DNA from: a virus
Taxonomy: Duplodnaviria; Heunggongvirae; Uroviricota; Caudoviricetes
Direction: 5' to 3' (one strand)
Length of the DNA stretch: 64,000 nt
Virus record (IMG/VR): IMGVR_UViG_3300025778_000009
Within the stretch, counting starts at the first letter, position 1. Each line of letters starts with the position of its first letter. Shown piece by piece: positions 35,861-48,000 of this stretch. The notes under the pieces are model-generated. The model saw nothing but the letters and a program-made list of their open reading frames with translations, ran no database searches and was not told where the DNA came from. Made by a program: the position numbers and the translations under genes.

Positions 35861-37651
35861 ATGGCAATACGCAGTAACCAGTCCTTAGCAGATCTTATTT
35901 CTATTATTTACATCGACGCTATAACTGGCGCCGTAATTATTAATTCTGACCTAGGGTTAGAAGTTGGCAACTCATCGTATTTTTCTACTATAAATGCTAC
36001 ATTTTATAATGCAACCTCTAATAATGCATTATATCTCGGCGGTCTTGCAGCTAATGTCTACGTAACAACTGAAACTGATACTATATTTAATGCTAACGTA
36101 ACATTTGATGCTAATGTTATGTTTTCCAATACTTCTAGCATTACTTCAAATGGTAATGTATTATTTAATGCCAATGTTACGTTTTCTAATACCTCTTATT
36201 TAATATCAAATGGCACAAATTTATTTTATGGTAGTGCTGCATTTGCTAATACTACCACATTTACCGGTAATGTATTATTTACGGATACATCATCCGTATT
36301 ATATAATGGTAATGTAACATTTTCAAATACTGCAATATTTACTGGCAGTATAGTATTATCAAATACATCTTCTATTGTTGCTAACGGTCAATTAGGTTCT
36401 GCTGGTCAATCACTTATTTCAAATGGTACCGCAGTATATTGGGGTATAGCTACACCATCTAATCCTTCACCGTTAGTTTTTACCACAAGCGGTTCTAACA
36501 GAAGTGTTACAGGGTTTCAAGAAAACGGTATTACTTATCCAGTAAGAACAACTGCATTTGTAGGTGGAGCACTACAATTTACACTTGCTTCTTTTACTCC
36601 AGGTTTATCTGCTTCTATTAATCCAGGATCATCGTTAAACTGGGATGTTCCTGCTACTGGATTTAGTGTATCAGTAACTAATCCTTCAGATTTTACAACA
36701 GAATATATTAGTAATGTTTATAGTATAACTGCAGTAACAGGAAATGTAAGTTCTCTTAGTACATTTACTGCTGGTTCTAAATCACCAACACCTGCAGGTG
36801 GTGTTAGCTGGTCTCAATCATTCACATTAGGCTCTGGTTATATTTACAGTTCAAGCTCTACAATTACCGGTGGTTCAGCATCTGGTACAGTTAGTTTTGT
36901 TGCTAATAATAACGGTACATCTTCTCAATATAATTCATCCAGTGCATCATTTAGTGTTAACTGGGCTACACCAACTTTAAGTGTTTCTACTACTGCATTA
37001 AGTGGTTCTACATTCCTTAGTTCATACGCTTCTACACCATATAGCATTAGCGTAACTGGTATTACAACATCATCGAATTATTCACATGCAGTAACAGGTA
37101 CAAATGCAACTCCTTCTAGTGAAACAGGGGCTGGTACATTAAACTTTACAAGTAATATTCATAAAGATAATACAGGTACTACAAGATCAGTTAGCGTAAC
37201 AACAACATTTACAAGGCCTTCTACTGTAACTGGAACAAGCTATACTGCTACACTAAGTGGATCTTCTGCTGTTTCTGCATCCTTTACATATCCTTCAGTG
37301 TGGCTATTTACTTCAAGTGCATCAAGTCCGCCTGCAAGATCAGACATAGTAAGCGGTACTGGATTTAAAGGTTCAGTAAACGTATTAGGTAACCAACAAA
37401 AGACTTTTGCAGGTAACGTAACAAATTCTCAAGGCACACCTCAAGAATTTTGGTTAGCAGTAAGAGCATCAGCATCACAGCCAACAACATTTCAAACTGG
37501 TGCAAGTGCTGCATTGTTAAGTGGTGTTTCTTATGTTACAAGTACCGTTGCATTACAACCAGATTCACCTCTACCAGGATATAATGCTGAGTCATATAAC
37601 TTATACGGCATTACTCTTCAACCAGGTACAACTTATGTGAGTATCTCATAA
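35861..37651 (+). CDS. Ser/Thr/Asn-rich virion fibre or structural protein
   Basis: ANVTFSNT beta repeats; ANG..GSAGQ.L.SNG..VYW module. Confidence 0.65.
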   Translation: MAIRSNQSLADLISIIYIDAITGAVIINSDLGLEVGNSSYFSTINATFYNATSNNALYLGGLAANVYVTTETDTIFNANVTFDANVMFSNTSSITSNGNVLFNANVTFSNTSYLISNGTNLFYGSAAFANTTTFTGNVLFTDTSSVLYNGNVTFSNTAIFTGSIVLSNTSSIVANGQLGSAGQSLISNGTAVYWGIATPSNPSPLVFTTSGSNRSVTGFQENGITYPVRTTAFVGGALQFTLASFTPGLSASINPGSSLNWDVPATGFSVSVTNPSDFTTEYISNVYSITAVTGNVSSLSTFTAGSKSPTPAGGVSWSQSFTLGSGYIYSSSSTITGGSASGTVSFVANNNGTSSQYNSSSASFSVNWATPTLSVSTTALSGSTFLSSYASTPYSISVTGITTSSNYSHAVTGTNATPSSETGAGTLNFTSNIHKDNTGTTRSVSVTTTFTRPSTVTGTSYTATLSGSSAVSASFTYPSVWLFTSSASSPPARSDIVSGTGFKGSVNVLGNQQKTFAGNVTNSQGTPQEFWLAVRASASQPTTFQTGASAALLSGVSYVTSTVALQPDSPLPGYNAESYNLYGITLQPGTTYVSIS

Positions 37652-38316
37652 TGACTACCGATTATAGTGGTTTAACTCGAAATCAATGGCCTGGTACTTG
37701 GAGCGCTGCTTCCAATACAATTCCTATTGTTCTTGATACTGAAATACGCGGCGGTCTGAGACAAGTATCAGGGGATGTAAATGATAGACTTACAGATATA
37801 CCTGGCCAGCGTCTTCAAGAAGGTATGCTTGCATATGTAAAAACCGGTTACTCTGCAGGTGGTGCTACAAGAACATCTGGTGGTTACTATAAGTACGTAC
37901 TACTTTCTGGACAATCTAGAGATCCTGCAACAGGTGCAATGCCTAATGCAGAAGGAAATTGGTCTGATTTCTCACCTACCTCTGTATCCAGCGGATCATT
38001 TTCTGGTACATCTACATTTAATGGCAATATAGTAATAGCTTCAACAGCTACTATTGTTGCAAATGGATCTGGTGGTTCTAATGGTCAAATATTATTTTCT
38101 AATGGTAGTACAGTATTTTGGAATTCATTTAAATTATCAAATTTAACAGACGTAGATGCTAACAATGTTACTGGAATTCCTGGTCTTCCTGCACAGCCAG
38201 CTAATAATTCTGTACTAACATATCGTGCAGATTATGATAGATATTTCGTTTTACCAGTGTCGGTTTCAGATACCTCACTTTCTAATACAGTGATGGATGG
38301 CGGTACTTTTACATAA
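37651..38316 (+). CDS. virion structural/fibre protein
   Basis: ANGSGG.NGQIL.SNG..VFW; LSNLTDV; C-terminal DGGTF. Confidence 0.65.
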   Translation: MTTDYSGLTRNQWPGTWSAASNTIPIVLDTEIRGGLRQVSGDVNDRLTDIPGQRLQEGMLAYVKTGYSAGGATRTSGGYYKYVLLSGQSRDPATGAMPNAEGNWSDFSPTSVSSGSFSGTSTFNGNIVIASTATIVANGSGGSNGQILFSNGSTVFWNSFKLSNLTDVDANNVTGIPGLPAQPANNSVLTYRADYDRYFVLPVSVSDTSLSNTVMDGGTFT

Positions 38317-38332
38317 TACAAATACTTTTTTT

Positions 38333-38340
38333 TATAAATA
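38333..38340 (+). promoter_or_regulatory. late promoter
   Basis: TATAAATA. Confidence 0.7.
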
Positions 38341-38393
38341 CAAAATATAATACTATTAATAATAACAATAACTATTGAGACGGGGAGTCCAAG

Positions 38394-40226
38394 ATGTCAG
38401 CTGTAGGCAATTTAATTCAAATTAAACGTTCTAATACAGTAGCTAAGCCATCTACGCTAAATGTAGGTGAATTAGCCTGGTCAAATACAACAGGTAAACT
38501 TTATATTGGTGCTTATGGTACTGTTACTGCTATTGGTGGCACACAGAATCCTGGGTATCTTACTGCTAATCAAGCATTAGTTGCTAACAGCACTGGTGGT
38601 ATTGATTATGTAGTTACAAGTAATCTAATTGCAACATCTATTACAGCAAATGGCGTTTATAGTCCAGGTGCTGGATACTTGCTATCTGTTGATGGTTCAG
38701 GTAAGACATACTGGGTTGACCCAAATATGCTTTCTGTTGGACCAGAATATGTCCAAAATACAGATTCAAGAACTCTTTCTGGTAACTTATATTTCTCTGG
38801 TGCTAACGTTACCATTGATAACCTTTATGTTGGTTCAGGCATTCTATCAGGTAATGGTTATGGCTTAACATCAGTTAATGCTGCAAAATTAGGTGGACAA
38901 ACTCTTTCTAACATCTATGATACAGCTAATAACTATGCGTATGCAGCAGCTGCTTCTGCTTTTGCTAACTCAGTATTAAGAACAAACGCAGCTTATACAA
39001 ACGCAACTGCTTGGGCTGCTCAATATGCAGATATGAAAGCTGGTAACGCATTTGCTAATGCTGCAAACTATGCTGATCAAGCTGCTGCAGCTGCTTTTGC
39101 TAACTCAGTATTAAGATCAGATGCTGCTTATACTAATGCTACTTCATGGGCTGCCAATTATGCTGACATGAAAGCAGGCGATGCATATGCAAACTCAACA
39201 GCATGGTCTAAGAATTATGCTGATATGGTTGCTGGTAGTGCATTTGCTAATGCTGTAGTTTATGCACAAAATGCATATGCTAATGCTACAAACTGGGCAG
39301 GCAATTATGCTGATATGAAGGCAGGCGATGCCTACACAAATGCTACTGCTTGGGCTAGCAGCTATGCAGATATGAAAGCTAGCGATGCTTACAGCAACGC
39401 CACTTCATGGGCATATAACAATCTAGTAGGTTCTATATCCAATTCTGACTATTCAATAGTAGTAGATGGATCAGCAACTGCTCCAACTATCCGTGTTAAG
39501 ATTGCATCAGGTAATGGCATTCATCTTGGTATGGATGGTATTTACATTGGTCAGAACGTTGAAACAACTGCTGATGTTACATTCAAAACTGGTAACTTTA
39601 CAAGTATCGTTTCTAACACATCTATTACTGGTAATAATGCAACAATTTATCACGACTTAGTAGTTGGTGGTAACCTTCTTGTTACTGGTAACGTAATTTC
39701 TTCTAACATTGAATCTATCCAAGTAAGTGATCCATTACTACATCTTGGTACAAATAACCATGTATCAGACGTTCTTGATATTGGTTTCTTTGCAGACTAC
39801 TATGATGGTGTAAATGTACAGTATACTGGTCTAGTAAGAGATGCATCAGACAAGATCTACAAGCTATTCCAACATCTTGATAATGATCCAAATCCACTTG
39901 TAAATTTCAATGAAACAACAACTGCAACTTTACAAGCATACTTACTTTCTGGTGCATTAGCATCTAACGGTACAGTATTAAATATTACTGCTAATAATAC
40001 ACTAGAAGTACACTTTGTTGCAAATACATTATCATTAACTACTCCTCTTGCATATGATTCTGGTGGTACTGGATTTAATTCATATGCAGATGGTGACTTG
40101 CTACTTGGTAATGCCACAACTGGCTTAACTAAACTATCTTCTGGATCAAACAGCGGATACGTATTACAAACAGACGGTATGGGCGGCGTTTCTTGGGCTT
40201 CTATCGATGGTGGAACATTCTCATAA
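38394..40226 (+). CDS. tail-fibre-like protein with Ala/Asn-rich helical repeats
   Basis: N-terminal IQIKRS...GELA; repeats AYxNATxWAxxYADMKAGD; C-terminal IDGGTF. Confidence 0.7.
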   Translation: MSAVGNLIQIKRSNTVAKPSTLNVGELAWSNTTGKLYIGAYGTVTAIGGTQNPGYLTANQALVANSTGGIDYVVTSNLIATSITANGVYSPGAGYLLSVDGSGKTYWVDPNMLSVGPEYVQNTDSRTLSGNLYFSGANVTIDNLYVGSGILSGNGYGLTSVNAAKLGGQTLSNIYDTANNYAYAAAASAFANSVLRTNAAYTNATAWAAQYADMKAGNAFANAANYADQAAAAAFANSVLRSDAAYTNATSWAANYADMKAGDAYANSTAWSKNYADMVAGSAFANAVVYAQNAYANATNWAGNYADMKAGDAYTNATAWASSYADMKASDAYSNATSWAYNNLVGSISNSDYSIVVDGSATAPTIRVKIASGNGIHLGMDGIYIGQNVETTADVTFKTGNFTSIVSNTSITGNNATIYHDLVVGGNLLVTGNVISSNIESIQVSDPLLHLGTNNHVSDVLDIGFFADYYDGVNVQYTGLVRDASDKIYKLFQHLDNDPNPLVNFNETTTATLQAYLLSGALASNGTVLNITANNTLEVHFVANTLSLTTPLAYDSGGTGFNSYADGDLLLGNATTGLTKLSSGSNSGYVLQTDGMGGVSWASIDGGTFS

Positions 40227-40247
40227 TAAATAAAAGGAATTTATATT

Positions 40248-40463
40248 ATGGATCAAGCGGAACTTTTTAATTTATATGTAGAGAAATTAACAAACTCAGT
40301 ATCTGAGCTGACTAAGACAAACATTCTTCAGTCAGCTCAGATCACTTACTACGCGAAGTTAAATGACTCACTAAATAGTAGAGTAAAAGAACTTCAAGAA
40401 AGTTTAGATGAAGCTTTAAATAAAGTTGATTCTAAATCTAAAAAAAGTGATAATGAGTTTTAA
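40248..40463 (+). CDS. small coiled-coil protein, possible fibre chaperone
   Basis: Heptad-like sequence following a fibre gene. Confidence 0.6.
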   Translation: MDQAELFNLYVEKLTNSVSELTKTNILQSAQITYYAKLNDSLNSRVKELQESLDEALNKVDSKSKKSDNEF

Positions 40464-40509
40464 TTTATAATTTTAGTCTTACAGTATATACTGTTTGTAA
40501 GAGGGCCAT

Positions 40510-40938
40510 ATGGCTGGTAATTTAATTCAGATTAAGCGTACGTCCGTTCCAGGGCGTGTACCAACCTTATCAAATTTAACAATTGGTGAGTTGGCCTTAA
40601 ATATGGCTGATGGAATTTTATATTCCTCAGACGGCAGCAAAGTATTTGAAATTGGTGCCAATAATACCAATCTGAATGTATCAGCAAATCTTACAATCAA
40701 CGCATTAATAGCCAACGGAAGCATCGGTTCCGTTGGTCAAATACTTGTGACTAATAGCATGGGTGCATATTGGCATACAAGATATACTGGCAGTGATACA
40801 AGCCCATCGGGTAATAATTTAGTTGGTGATATATGGTTTGATACTAATGCACAAAAACCATATATGTGGGTAGAATTATTTCCACAATATCCAGGGTATG
40901 GTTCCTGGTATGACTTTCTTCCGTATACAGGATCATAA
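40510..40938 (+). CDS. short fibre-associated protein
   Basis: IQIKRT..GELALN.ADG; GDIWFDT. Confidence 0.65.
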   Translation: MAGNLIQIKRTSVPGRVPTLSNLTIGELALNMADGILYSSDGSKVFEIGANNTNLNVSANLTINALIANGSIGSVGQILVTNSMGAYWHTRYTGSDTSPSGNNLVGDIWFDTNAQKPYMWVELFPQYPGYGSWYDFLPYTGS

Positions 40939-40942
40939 TTAA

Positions 40943-43900
40943 ATGGCAACAGCATACGGAACACTCCCTCAATTTCCACCTCCTCCATGGGCTAATGGTG
41001 ATACAGTAACAACCGGTGGTTTCAGTTGGATCTTTAATGCTGCTCAAAATACTTGGACAAAGACAGGTCAGGCAGCATCTACTACTTCATCTTTATCTAC
41101 TAATACAGCTACTATTTCAACCGCTAATATTAATACATCTAGCACCAATACAGCTATTATTAATACTGCCAACGTAAATTCGTCTACTACGAATACTGCT
41201 ATTATTAATACTGCTAATGTTAATACATCTACAACCAATACAGCTTTTATTAATACTGCTAATGTTACTAATATTACAGTTACTGGTAATTCAACATTTG
41301 CAAATATATTTGTTTATGGTATTAATGCAAACGGTTCTTTTGGTACACCTGGACAAATATTAGTTTCTAGTGGATCAAAAGCATATTGGTCATCTGCTGC
41401 TTCATTAACAGGCTATACAGGATCACAAGGTGATATCGGATATACTGGTTCACAAGGTATTCAAGGAGCATCTGGTTATATAGGTTCTATTGGTGCAACT
41501 GGTAATGTAGGTTATACTGGATCTAAAGGTGATCAGGGTAATGCTGGTTATACAGGTTCCAAAGGTGATCAAGGAAATAACGGCTATACAGGATCTATAG
41601 GTGCAACAGGTCTAACAGGATATGTTGGTTCTAGAGGTAATCAGGGTGTTGATGGGTACACTGGTTCTCAAGGTGTAACAGGTTACGTAGGTTCTATTGG
41701 TGCTACTGGTAATGTAGGTTATACCGGGTCACAAGGTGATCAAGGATTTACTGGTTATACCGGTTCTAAAGGAGATATTGGTTATACTGGTTCTCAAGGT
41801 AATATTGGATATTCAGGCTCACAAGGTGACAAAGGTTACACTGGATCACAGGGAGATATCGGATATACTGGTTCTCAAGGTAACATAGGCTACACTGGTT
41901 CATTAGGGTATGTTGGTTCTAAAGGTGATATTGGTTACGTAGGTTCTATCGGCCCCCAAGGACCACAAGGCAACTTTGGTGGTGAAACAGTAGACTATAT
42001 CTTTAATACCGCTGTTGATAATTCTAATCCTGGTACTGGTCATGTTAAATTTAATAATGCAGATTTATCTTCTGCTTCATATCTTTATATTAACCAGAAC
42101 GATAATTATGGTGCTAATGCCTATAACTTCTTATTGACTATTGATGCATCTACATCATCAATTAAAGGTCATTTTCTTGTTAAAGATAGTGCTAATAATG
42201 CAGACTATTCTATGTTTGCTATTACAGGCAACCACTCTTATTCATACCCTTATCTAACTATTCCAGTTTCTTATCTTTCTGGCTCTGCAACTTCATTTGC
42301 ACCAAGTCAAAATGTTATTTTAACATTTGCAGTAACTGGTGATAGAGGCGATTTTGGTTATACAGGTTCTAAAGGTGATACTGGATACGTTGGTTCACAG
42401 GGTGTAATAGGTTATACAGGCTCTCAAGGTGATATAGGTTATACTGGTTCTTTAGGTAATACTGGTTACACAGGGTCTAAAGGTGATATTGGATATACTG
42501 GTTCTCAAGGTAATATTGGTTATGTTGGTTCAACTGGTGATATAGGATATACTGGATCTATCGGTTTAACAGGCTATACCGGTTCTATTGGTGCAACTGG
42601 TAACATGGGTTATACTGGTTCTAAAGGTGATCAGGGTAATATTGGTTACACAGGTTCTATTGGTGCCACCGGTTATGTAGGTTCGGTTGGCTCACAAGGT
42701 ACTACAGGTTATACTGGCTCTAAAGGTAACCAAGGTGACTTAGGCTACGTAGGATCTACAGGTTCTCAAGGCGATACTGGTTACGTAGGTTCAATTGGTT
42801 CACAAGGCTTTACAGGCTATACCGGATCTAAAGGTGACCAAGGTAATAATGGTTACACCGGATCTCAGGGTACACAAGGTAACACTGGCTTTGTAGGATC
42901 CAAAGGTGATCAAGGCGCTACAGGTTATACAGGATCAATTGGTGCTTCTGGATACACCGGCTCTCAGGGTATCCAAGGTGTCGATGGCTATACCGGTTCT
43001 AAAGGTGATCAAGGAACTACTGGGTTTATTGGTTCTATAGGTGCAACCGGTTATGTTGGATCAACCGGATCACAAGGTATTCAAGGTGTTATTGGTTATA
43101 CTGGTTCATTAGGTAGCCTTGGATACACAGGTTCTAAAGGTGATTTAGGTTATACTGGTTCACAAGGTGTAACTGGTTATATTGGTTCTATTGGTTATAC
43201 AGGCTCAATAGGTGTTGGATATTTAGGTTCTACCGGATATTCAGGATCTAAAGGTGACACACAGCAGGCCAACGTTGTATTTGGTGATACTCCCCCGTCT
43301 CCCACATACACTGGCCTGCTGTGGTTCGATACTAATAATGCTATCTTTAATGCATTTTATGAACCAGCTAATACATGGATTGGTATTAATGGTGGTGGTT
43401 TTGGTCCAACTGGGGCTACTGGTTATACAGGATCATCTGGTGCCTCTGTTGCAATTGGCTATACTGGATCACAGGGCATTCAAGCTAATCTATTAGCTGT
43501 TCCTTCCAACATTATTCCTTCACAATCAAATGTGTTTACACTAGGTAATTCAACATTCTCTTGGGCTTCACTTTATCTTGGTTCTAACTCAGTTACGTTT
43601 ACTGATGTATTGACAAATACCACTCAGGTTCTTTCTGTTGCAAATAGTATTTTCTATATTACATCAGGAACAGGATCTAACACACAATTTAATCCTAATG
43701 CAGGATTCAATGCTGGTGGTATTATTCTTCAAAACTATCAAGTTAAATTAGCAAATACTCAACAGCTTCTTTACTTCAATTCAAATATGGGTATTGGTAA
43801 TGCTGTTGCTAATTCTGCGCAGACTGCATTCTTTGTAAGCAATACTGGTCTGACTACTATTCAAAATAATCTTCAGATTATCAATCCAATTGCTCAAACA

Positions 43901-44986
43901 AACACAGCGCCATTTACAATTCAAAGTCAATTAGGAACTCCTCAACCGTTCACCTATAATGGCACAACAATTTACACTATTAATTCAGCCAATGTTTCTA
44001 ACAGAACTGTTTTTGACTCGTATGGCAATGGTACATATATCAGTATTGCTGCTCGTACTGCAAGAGGAACAATTTCTAATCCAACTGGTCTTCAAGCCAA
44101 TGATATTATTCTTCGTATTTCTGGTAATGGTTATAGGACAACTGGTTTTGGTGGTCAGGGTTCAGCACGTATTGATTTCAGATCAATTGACAGCTTTTCA
44201 GATGTTCAAACAGGTTCTGTAATTGCATTATGGACAACACCACTTGGATCAAATGTTATTAGTGAAGTTGCTACAGTTACTGCAATTGGTATGACATCAA
44301 ATTCATATATTGCGGGATATGGTACACAGAACACAACTATCACTTCATCATCAGTAACCACAAATACTGTGTTTACAAATTACATAAGTGCTAATGGATC
44401 ATTAGGCAGTCCTAAACAAGTATTAATGTCAAGTGATGCTACTGGTAATGTTTATTGGCAATGGACCAATCAACATTTTGCTTTAGGTGCTAATCTATCA
44501 TTAAATGCTACTTCTACATCTGCGCAAAGTTTATTTGGAGTTGGTGTTCAAGTTGCTAATAATTCTAGATATGCTATTTCTATGTCAGGTTCAATGACAT
44601 ATACTGGTGGTGGTCCTGCAGGTGCAGGTAATATGGGATTTGGTTTTGGTGGCACTGCAAACTTATCTAGTGTATACTATCAAACATCTACTCTAGTTAG
44701 TGCTACAGAAACAGTATCAGGCTCTGCTGCTGATTATCAAGCATTTAGATTAACAAGCGGGTTTACTGCAAATTCATCATCTAATCCTGTAACTAACTTT
44801 AACAAGACATATTTAATTTTCAATGTACAAGGTGTGATTAATGTTGCAAATGGTGGTACTTTAATACCCCAATACGATTCAGATCACTCACCTACATCAC
44901 TTACATTACTTGCCCTTTCATCGGTTACATTAGAATTGCTAGGTGATGATAATAAGTCAAATTCAGTGACTGGGACATGGGCATAA
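40943..44986 (+). CDS. collagen-like (Gly-X-Y, GYTGS repeat) fibre protein
   Basis: Long GYTGSxG tracts; INTANVN repeats. Confidence 0.8.
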   Translation: MATAYGTLPQFPPPPWANGDTVTTGGFSWIFNAAQNTWTKTGQAASTTSSLSTNTATISTANINTSSTNTAIINTANVNSSTTNTAIINTANVNTSTTNTAFINTANVTNITVTGNSTFANIFVYGINANGSFGTPGQILVSSGSKAYWSSAASLTGYTGSQGDIGYTGSQGIQGASGYIGSIGATGNVGYTGSKGDQGNAGYTGSKGDQGNNGYTGSIGATGLTGYVGSRGNQGVDGYTGSQGVTGYVGSIGATGNVGYTGSQGDQGFTGYTGSKGDIGYTGSQGNIGYSGSQGDKGYTGSQGDIGYTGSQGNIGYTGSLGYVGSKGDIGYVGSIGPQGPQGNFGGETVDYIFNTAVDNSNPGTGHVKFNNADLSSASYLYINQNDNYGANAYNFLLTIDASTSSIKGHFLVKDSANNADYSMFAITGNHSYSYPYLTIPVSYLSGSATSFAPSQNVILTFAVTGDRGDFGYTGSKGDTGYVGSQGVIGYTGSQGDIGYTGSLGNTGYTGSKGDIGYTGSQGNIGYVGSTGDIGYTGSIGLTGYTGSIGATGNMGYTGSKGDQGNIGYTGSIGATGYVGSVGSQGTTGYTGSKGNQGDLGYVGSTGSQGDTGYVGSIGSQGFTGYTGSKGDQGNNGYTGSQGTQGNTGFVGSKGDQGATGYTGSIGASGYTGSQGIQGVDGYTGSKGDQGTTGFIGSIGATGYVGSTGSQGIQGVIGYTGSLGSLGYTGSKGDLGYTGSQGVTGYIGSIGYTGSIGVGYLGSTGYSGSKGDTQQANVVFGDTPPSPTYTGLLWFDTNNAIFNAFYEPANTWIGINGGGFGPTGATGYTGSSGASVAIGYTGSQGIQANLLAVPSNIIPSQSNVFTLGNSTFSWASLYLGSNSVTFTDVLTNTTQVLSVANSIFYITSGTGSNTQFNPNAGFNAGGIILQNYQVKLANTQQLLYFNSNMGIGNAVANSAQTAFFVSNTGLTTIQNNLQIINPIAQTNTAPFTIQSQLGTPQPFTYNGTTIYTINSANVSNRTVFDSYGNGTYISIAARTARGTISNPTGLQANDIILRISGNGYRTTGFGGQGSARIDFRSIDSFSDVQTGSVIALWTTPLGSNVISEVATVTAIGMTSNSYIAGYGTQNTTITSSSVTTNTVFTNYISANGSLGSPKQVLMSSDATGNVYWQWTNQHFALGANLSLNATSTSAQSLFGVGVQVANNSRYAISMSGSMTYTGGGPAGAGNMGFGFGGTANLSSVYYQTSTLVSATETVSGSAADYQAFRLTSGFTANSSSNPVTNFNKTYLIFNVQGVINVANGGTLIPQYDSDHSPTSLTLLALSSVTLELLGDDNKSNSVTGTWA

Positions 44987-45035
44987 AATGGCACCAATAA
45001 ATATTAATAATGTAATTATATAAAGTAATCAATAC

Positions 45036-48000
45036 ATGGCATTAAGTTTTCCTTCAAATCCATATCAAGGTCAGACAGCAACAACCGGTGGTAGAAACTG
45101 GGTGTTTAATGGTGCTGAGTGGGTTTCAGTTGGCGCGCTCGGTTATCAAGGTTCATTAGGATTTCAAGGTTCTTCAGGTTATTTTGGTTCTTCTGGCTAT
45201 CTTGGATCTGTAGGTTTTGCTGGATCTGCAGGTATTGGCTACGTAGGTTCTTTAGGTTATACAGGATCAAAGGGTGATACTGGTCCTTCAGGTTCTTCTA
45301 CAACTACATTCTCTTACCATGCAAATACAACAAGTACTGCTAATGCATATCCTGGTTCTGGTTATTTTACATATAATAGTCCTTCTCAAATATCAGCAAC
45401 CGGCCTTTATGTAAGTCATTATACATCAGATGCAGTACCAGTTGATATTGATCTTTATCTTGGATTACTTGCTAATCAACAACCACTTATTATTCAAGAT
45501 ATTACAAGTTCTGAAAACAATCAGCACTTCTTAATTACAGCAACTCCTAAAAATTATAATCCCGGTACTTCTAATAGTTACTGGTTTGTTCCAGTTTCTC
45601 TTGTATCTGCCGCTGGAACTGGTGATACTAATTTTAGTCAATCAACATCATTGTTCCTTTCTGTTGTTTATGGTGCAACAGGTGCTACTGGTTATACTGG
45701 ATCTATTGGTTCAACCGGTTATACAGGTTCATTTGGTTTAACTGGTTATACTGGTTCACAGGGTGTTATAGGCTATACTGGTTCACAGGGTGTTATAGGC
45801 TATACAGGATCTAAAGGTGATTCTGGTTATACTGGATCAACTGGTTTTGGTGGTTCATTTGGTTTAACAGGATATACTGGATCATTTGGTCTTACAGGTT
45901 ATACCGGTTCAATTGGTTATGGTGGATCATTTGGTCTTACCGGCTATACCGGTTCTTTTGGTTTAACAGGCTATACTGGTTCATTTGGTCTTACTGGTTA
46001 TACAGGATCTTTTGGTTTAACAGGTTATACTGGCTCACAAGGTAACCAAGGTATTCAAGGTAATATTGGATATACTGGTTCAGTAGGTGTTACAGGGTTT
46101 ACAGGATCACAAGGTACACAAGGTAATGATGGGTATACCGGATCTAAAGGTGCTCAAGGGGTATCAGGTTACACTGGCTCGCAAGGAAATGCAGGGTTTA
46201 CCGGATCAATAGGCGCCACAGGTACCACAGGGTATACAGGTTCACAAGGTATCCAAGGCAATTCAGGTTACACTGGTTCTACAGGACAAACAGGTACAAC
46301 AGGGTTTACTGGATCACAAGGTTTCCAAGGTGATTTTGGTTATACCGGCTCTAAAGGTGATACAGGATCACAAGGTAATATTGGATATACTGGTTCTAAG
46401 GGTGATAGTGGGTATACCGGTTCACAGGGTTCTCAAGGTATTCAAGGTAGCATAGGTTATAGTGGATCTGCAGGTTATCAAGGCTCTATTGGTGCTACTG
46501 GTAACACAGGTTATACAGGCTCACAAGGTAACCAAGGTAACACAGGCTATACAGGATCTAAAGGTGATCAAGGCAATAACGGGTATACTGGGTCAATAGG
46601 TACTACTGGTAATACCGGATATACTGGTTCAAAAGGTGATCAAGGTACTCAAGGTTATGCTGGTTCAGCTGGTACTAATGGTACAAACGGTGTTGATGGT
46701 TATAATGGTTCTGCAGGATTTACTGGATCACAAGGAATTCAAGGTTATACAGGTTCTGCAGGTACAAACGGCTATAATGGATCAAACGGATTTACAGGAT
46801 CAACTGGATCACAAGGTTATACTGGTTCTATAGGACCTCAAGGACCTCAAGGTAACTTTGGTGGAGAGACAGTAGATTATATCTTTAATACATCAACATC
46901 GGCTGCTAATCCTGGTACGGGTCAAGTTGCATTTAACAACACTAATCTTTCTTCTGCTTCTTATCTTTATATTAATCAAAATGACAATTATGGAAGTAAT
47001 ACATTTAACTTCCTATTAACAATAGATGCATCTACATCATCTATTAAGGGTCATTTTATGATCAAAGATTCTGCAAACAATGCTGATTACGCAATGTTTG
47101 CTATTACAGGATCACACTCCTATTCAGCACCATATCTTACTGTTCCAGTATCTTATCTTTCCGGTGCTACATCATTTAACGCCAGCCAGAATGTTATTTT
47201 AACATTTGCAGTAACTGGTGATAGAGGTGATGTAGGTTATACTGGTTCACAAGGTACAACAGGGTTTGTAGGATCACAGGGTACTATTGGATATACTGGA
47301 TCACAAGGAAATATCGGCTATACTGGTTCTCAAGGAACTCAAGGTAACATAGGTTATACTGGATCAACTGGTTCTCAAGGTATTGCAGGTTACACTGGAT
47401 CGCAGGGTGCACAAGGTAACAATGGTTATACAGGTTCAATAGGTGCAAGTGGATATACAGGTTCTATTGGTGCTACCGGTAATATGGGTTATACTGGTTC
47501 TCAGGGCATTCAAGGTGTCGCTGGTTATATTGGATCTACTGGTCAAACAGGTGCTGCAGGTTATACAGGTTCTATTGGCGCAACAGGTACTACTGGTTAT
47601 ACTGGTTCACAGGGTAACCAAGGTAACATTGGATACACCGGTTCTATTGGTATAGGTTATACAGGTTCAACAGGTACATTTGCATCTGGTCAAGATATAG
47701 TAGCTGGTAACGTTACCATAAACGGATATCTTTCAGCTAACGGTAGTACAGGTACTAGAGGTCAAGTATTAGCATCAAATGGTGCTGGTGGAATTTACTG
47801 GACAACAGATCAAGTAGGCAATTCCGTTACTGCTAATACAGTTGTTACATCTACTTTAGCTGCTGATTCTATTAACATAGGTGTTGGTTATCTTACTGTA
47901 GGTAATGCAACAGTTAATACAGTTGTAACTAATACATCTATTAGAACATCTTCTGCAAACATTCTATATCTTTCTGCAAATGGTGTTTATGGAGGAAACG

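Noticed and set aside
41951-47231. Diversity-generating retroelement template/variable repeat pair
   Set aside because: Both copies are coding, the differences are largely synonymous rather than adenine-specific, and no reverse transcriptase is in the window.
41400-47680. Ice-nucleation protein repeats
   Set aside because: The repeats follow Gly-X-Y period 3 (collagen-like), not the AGYGSTxT octapeptide.
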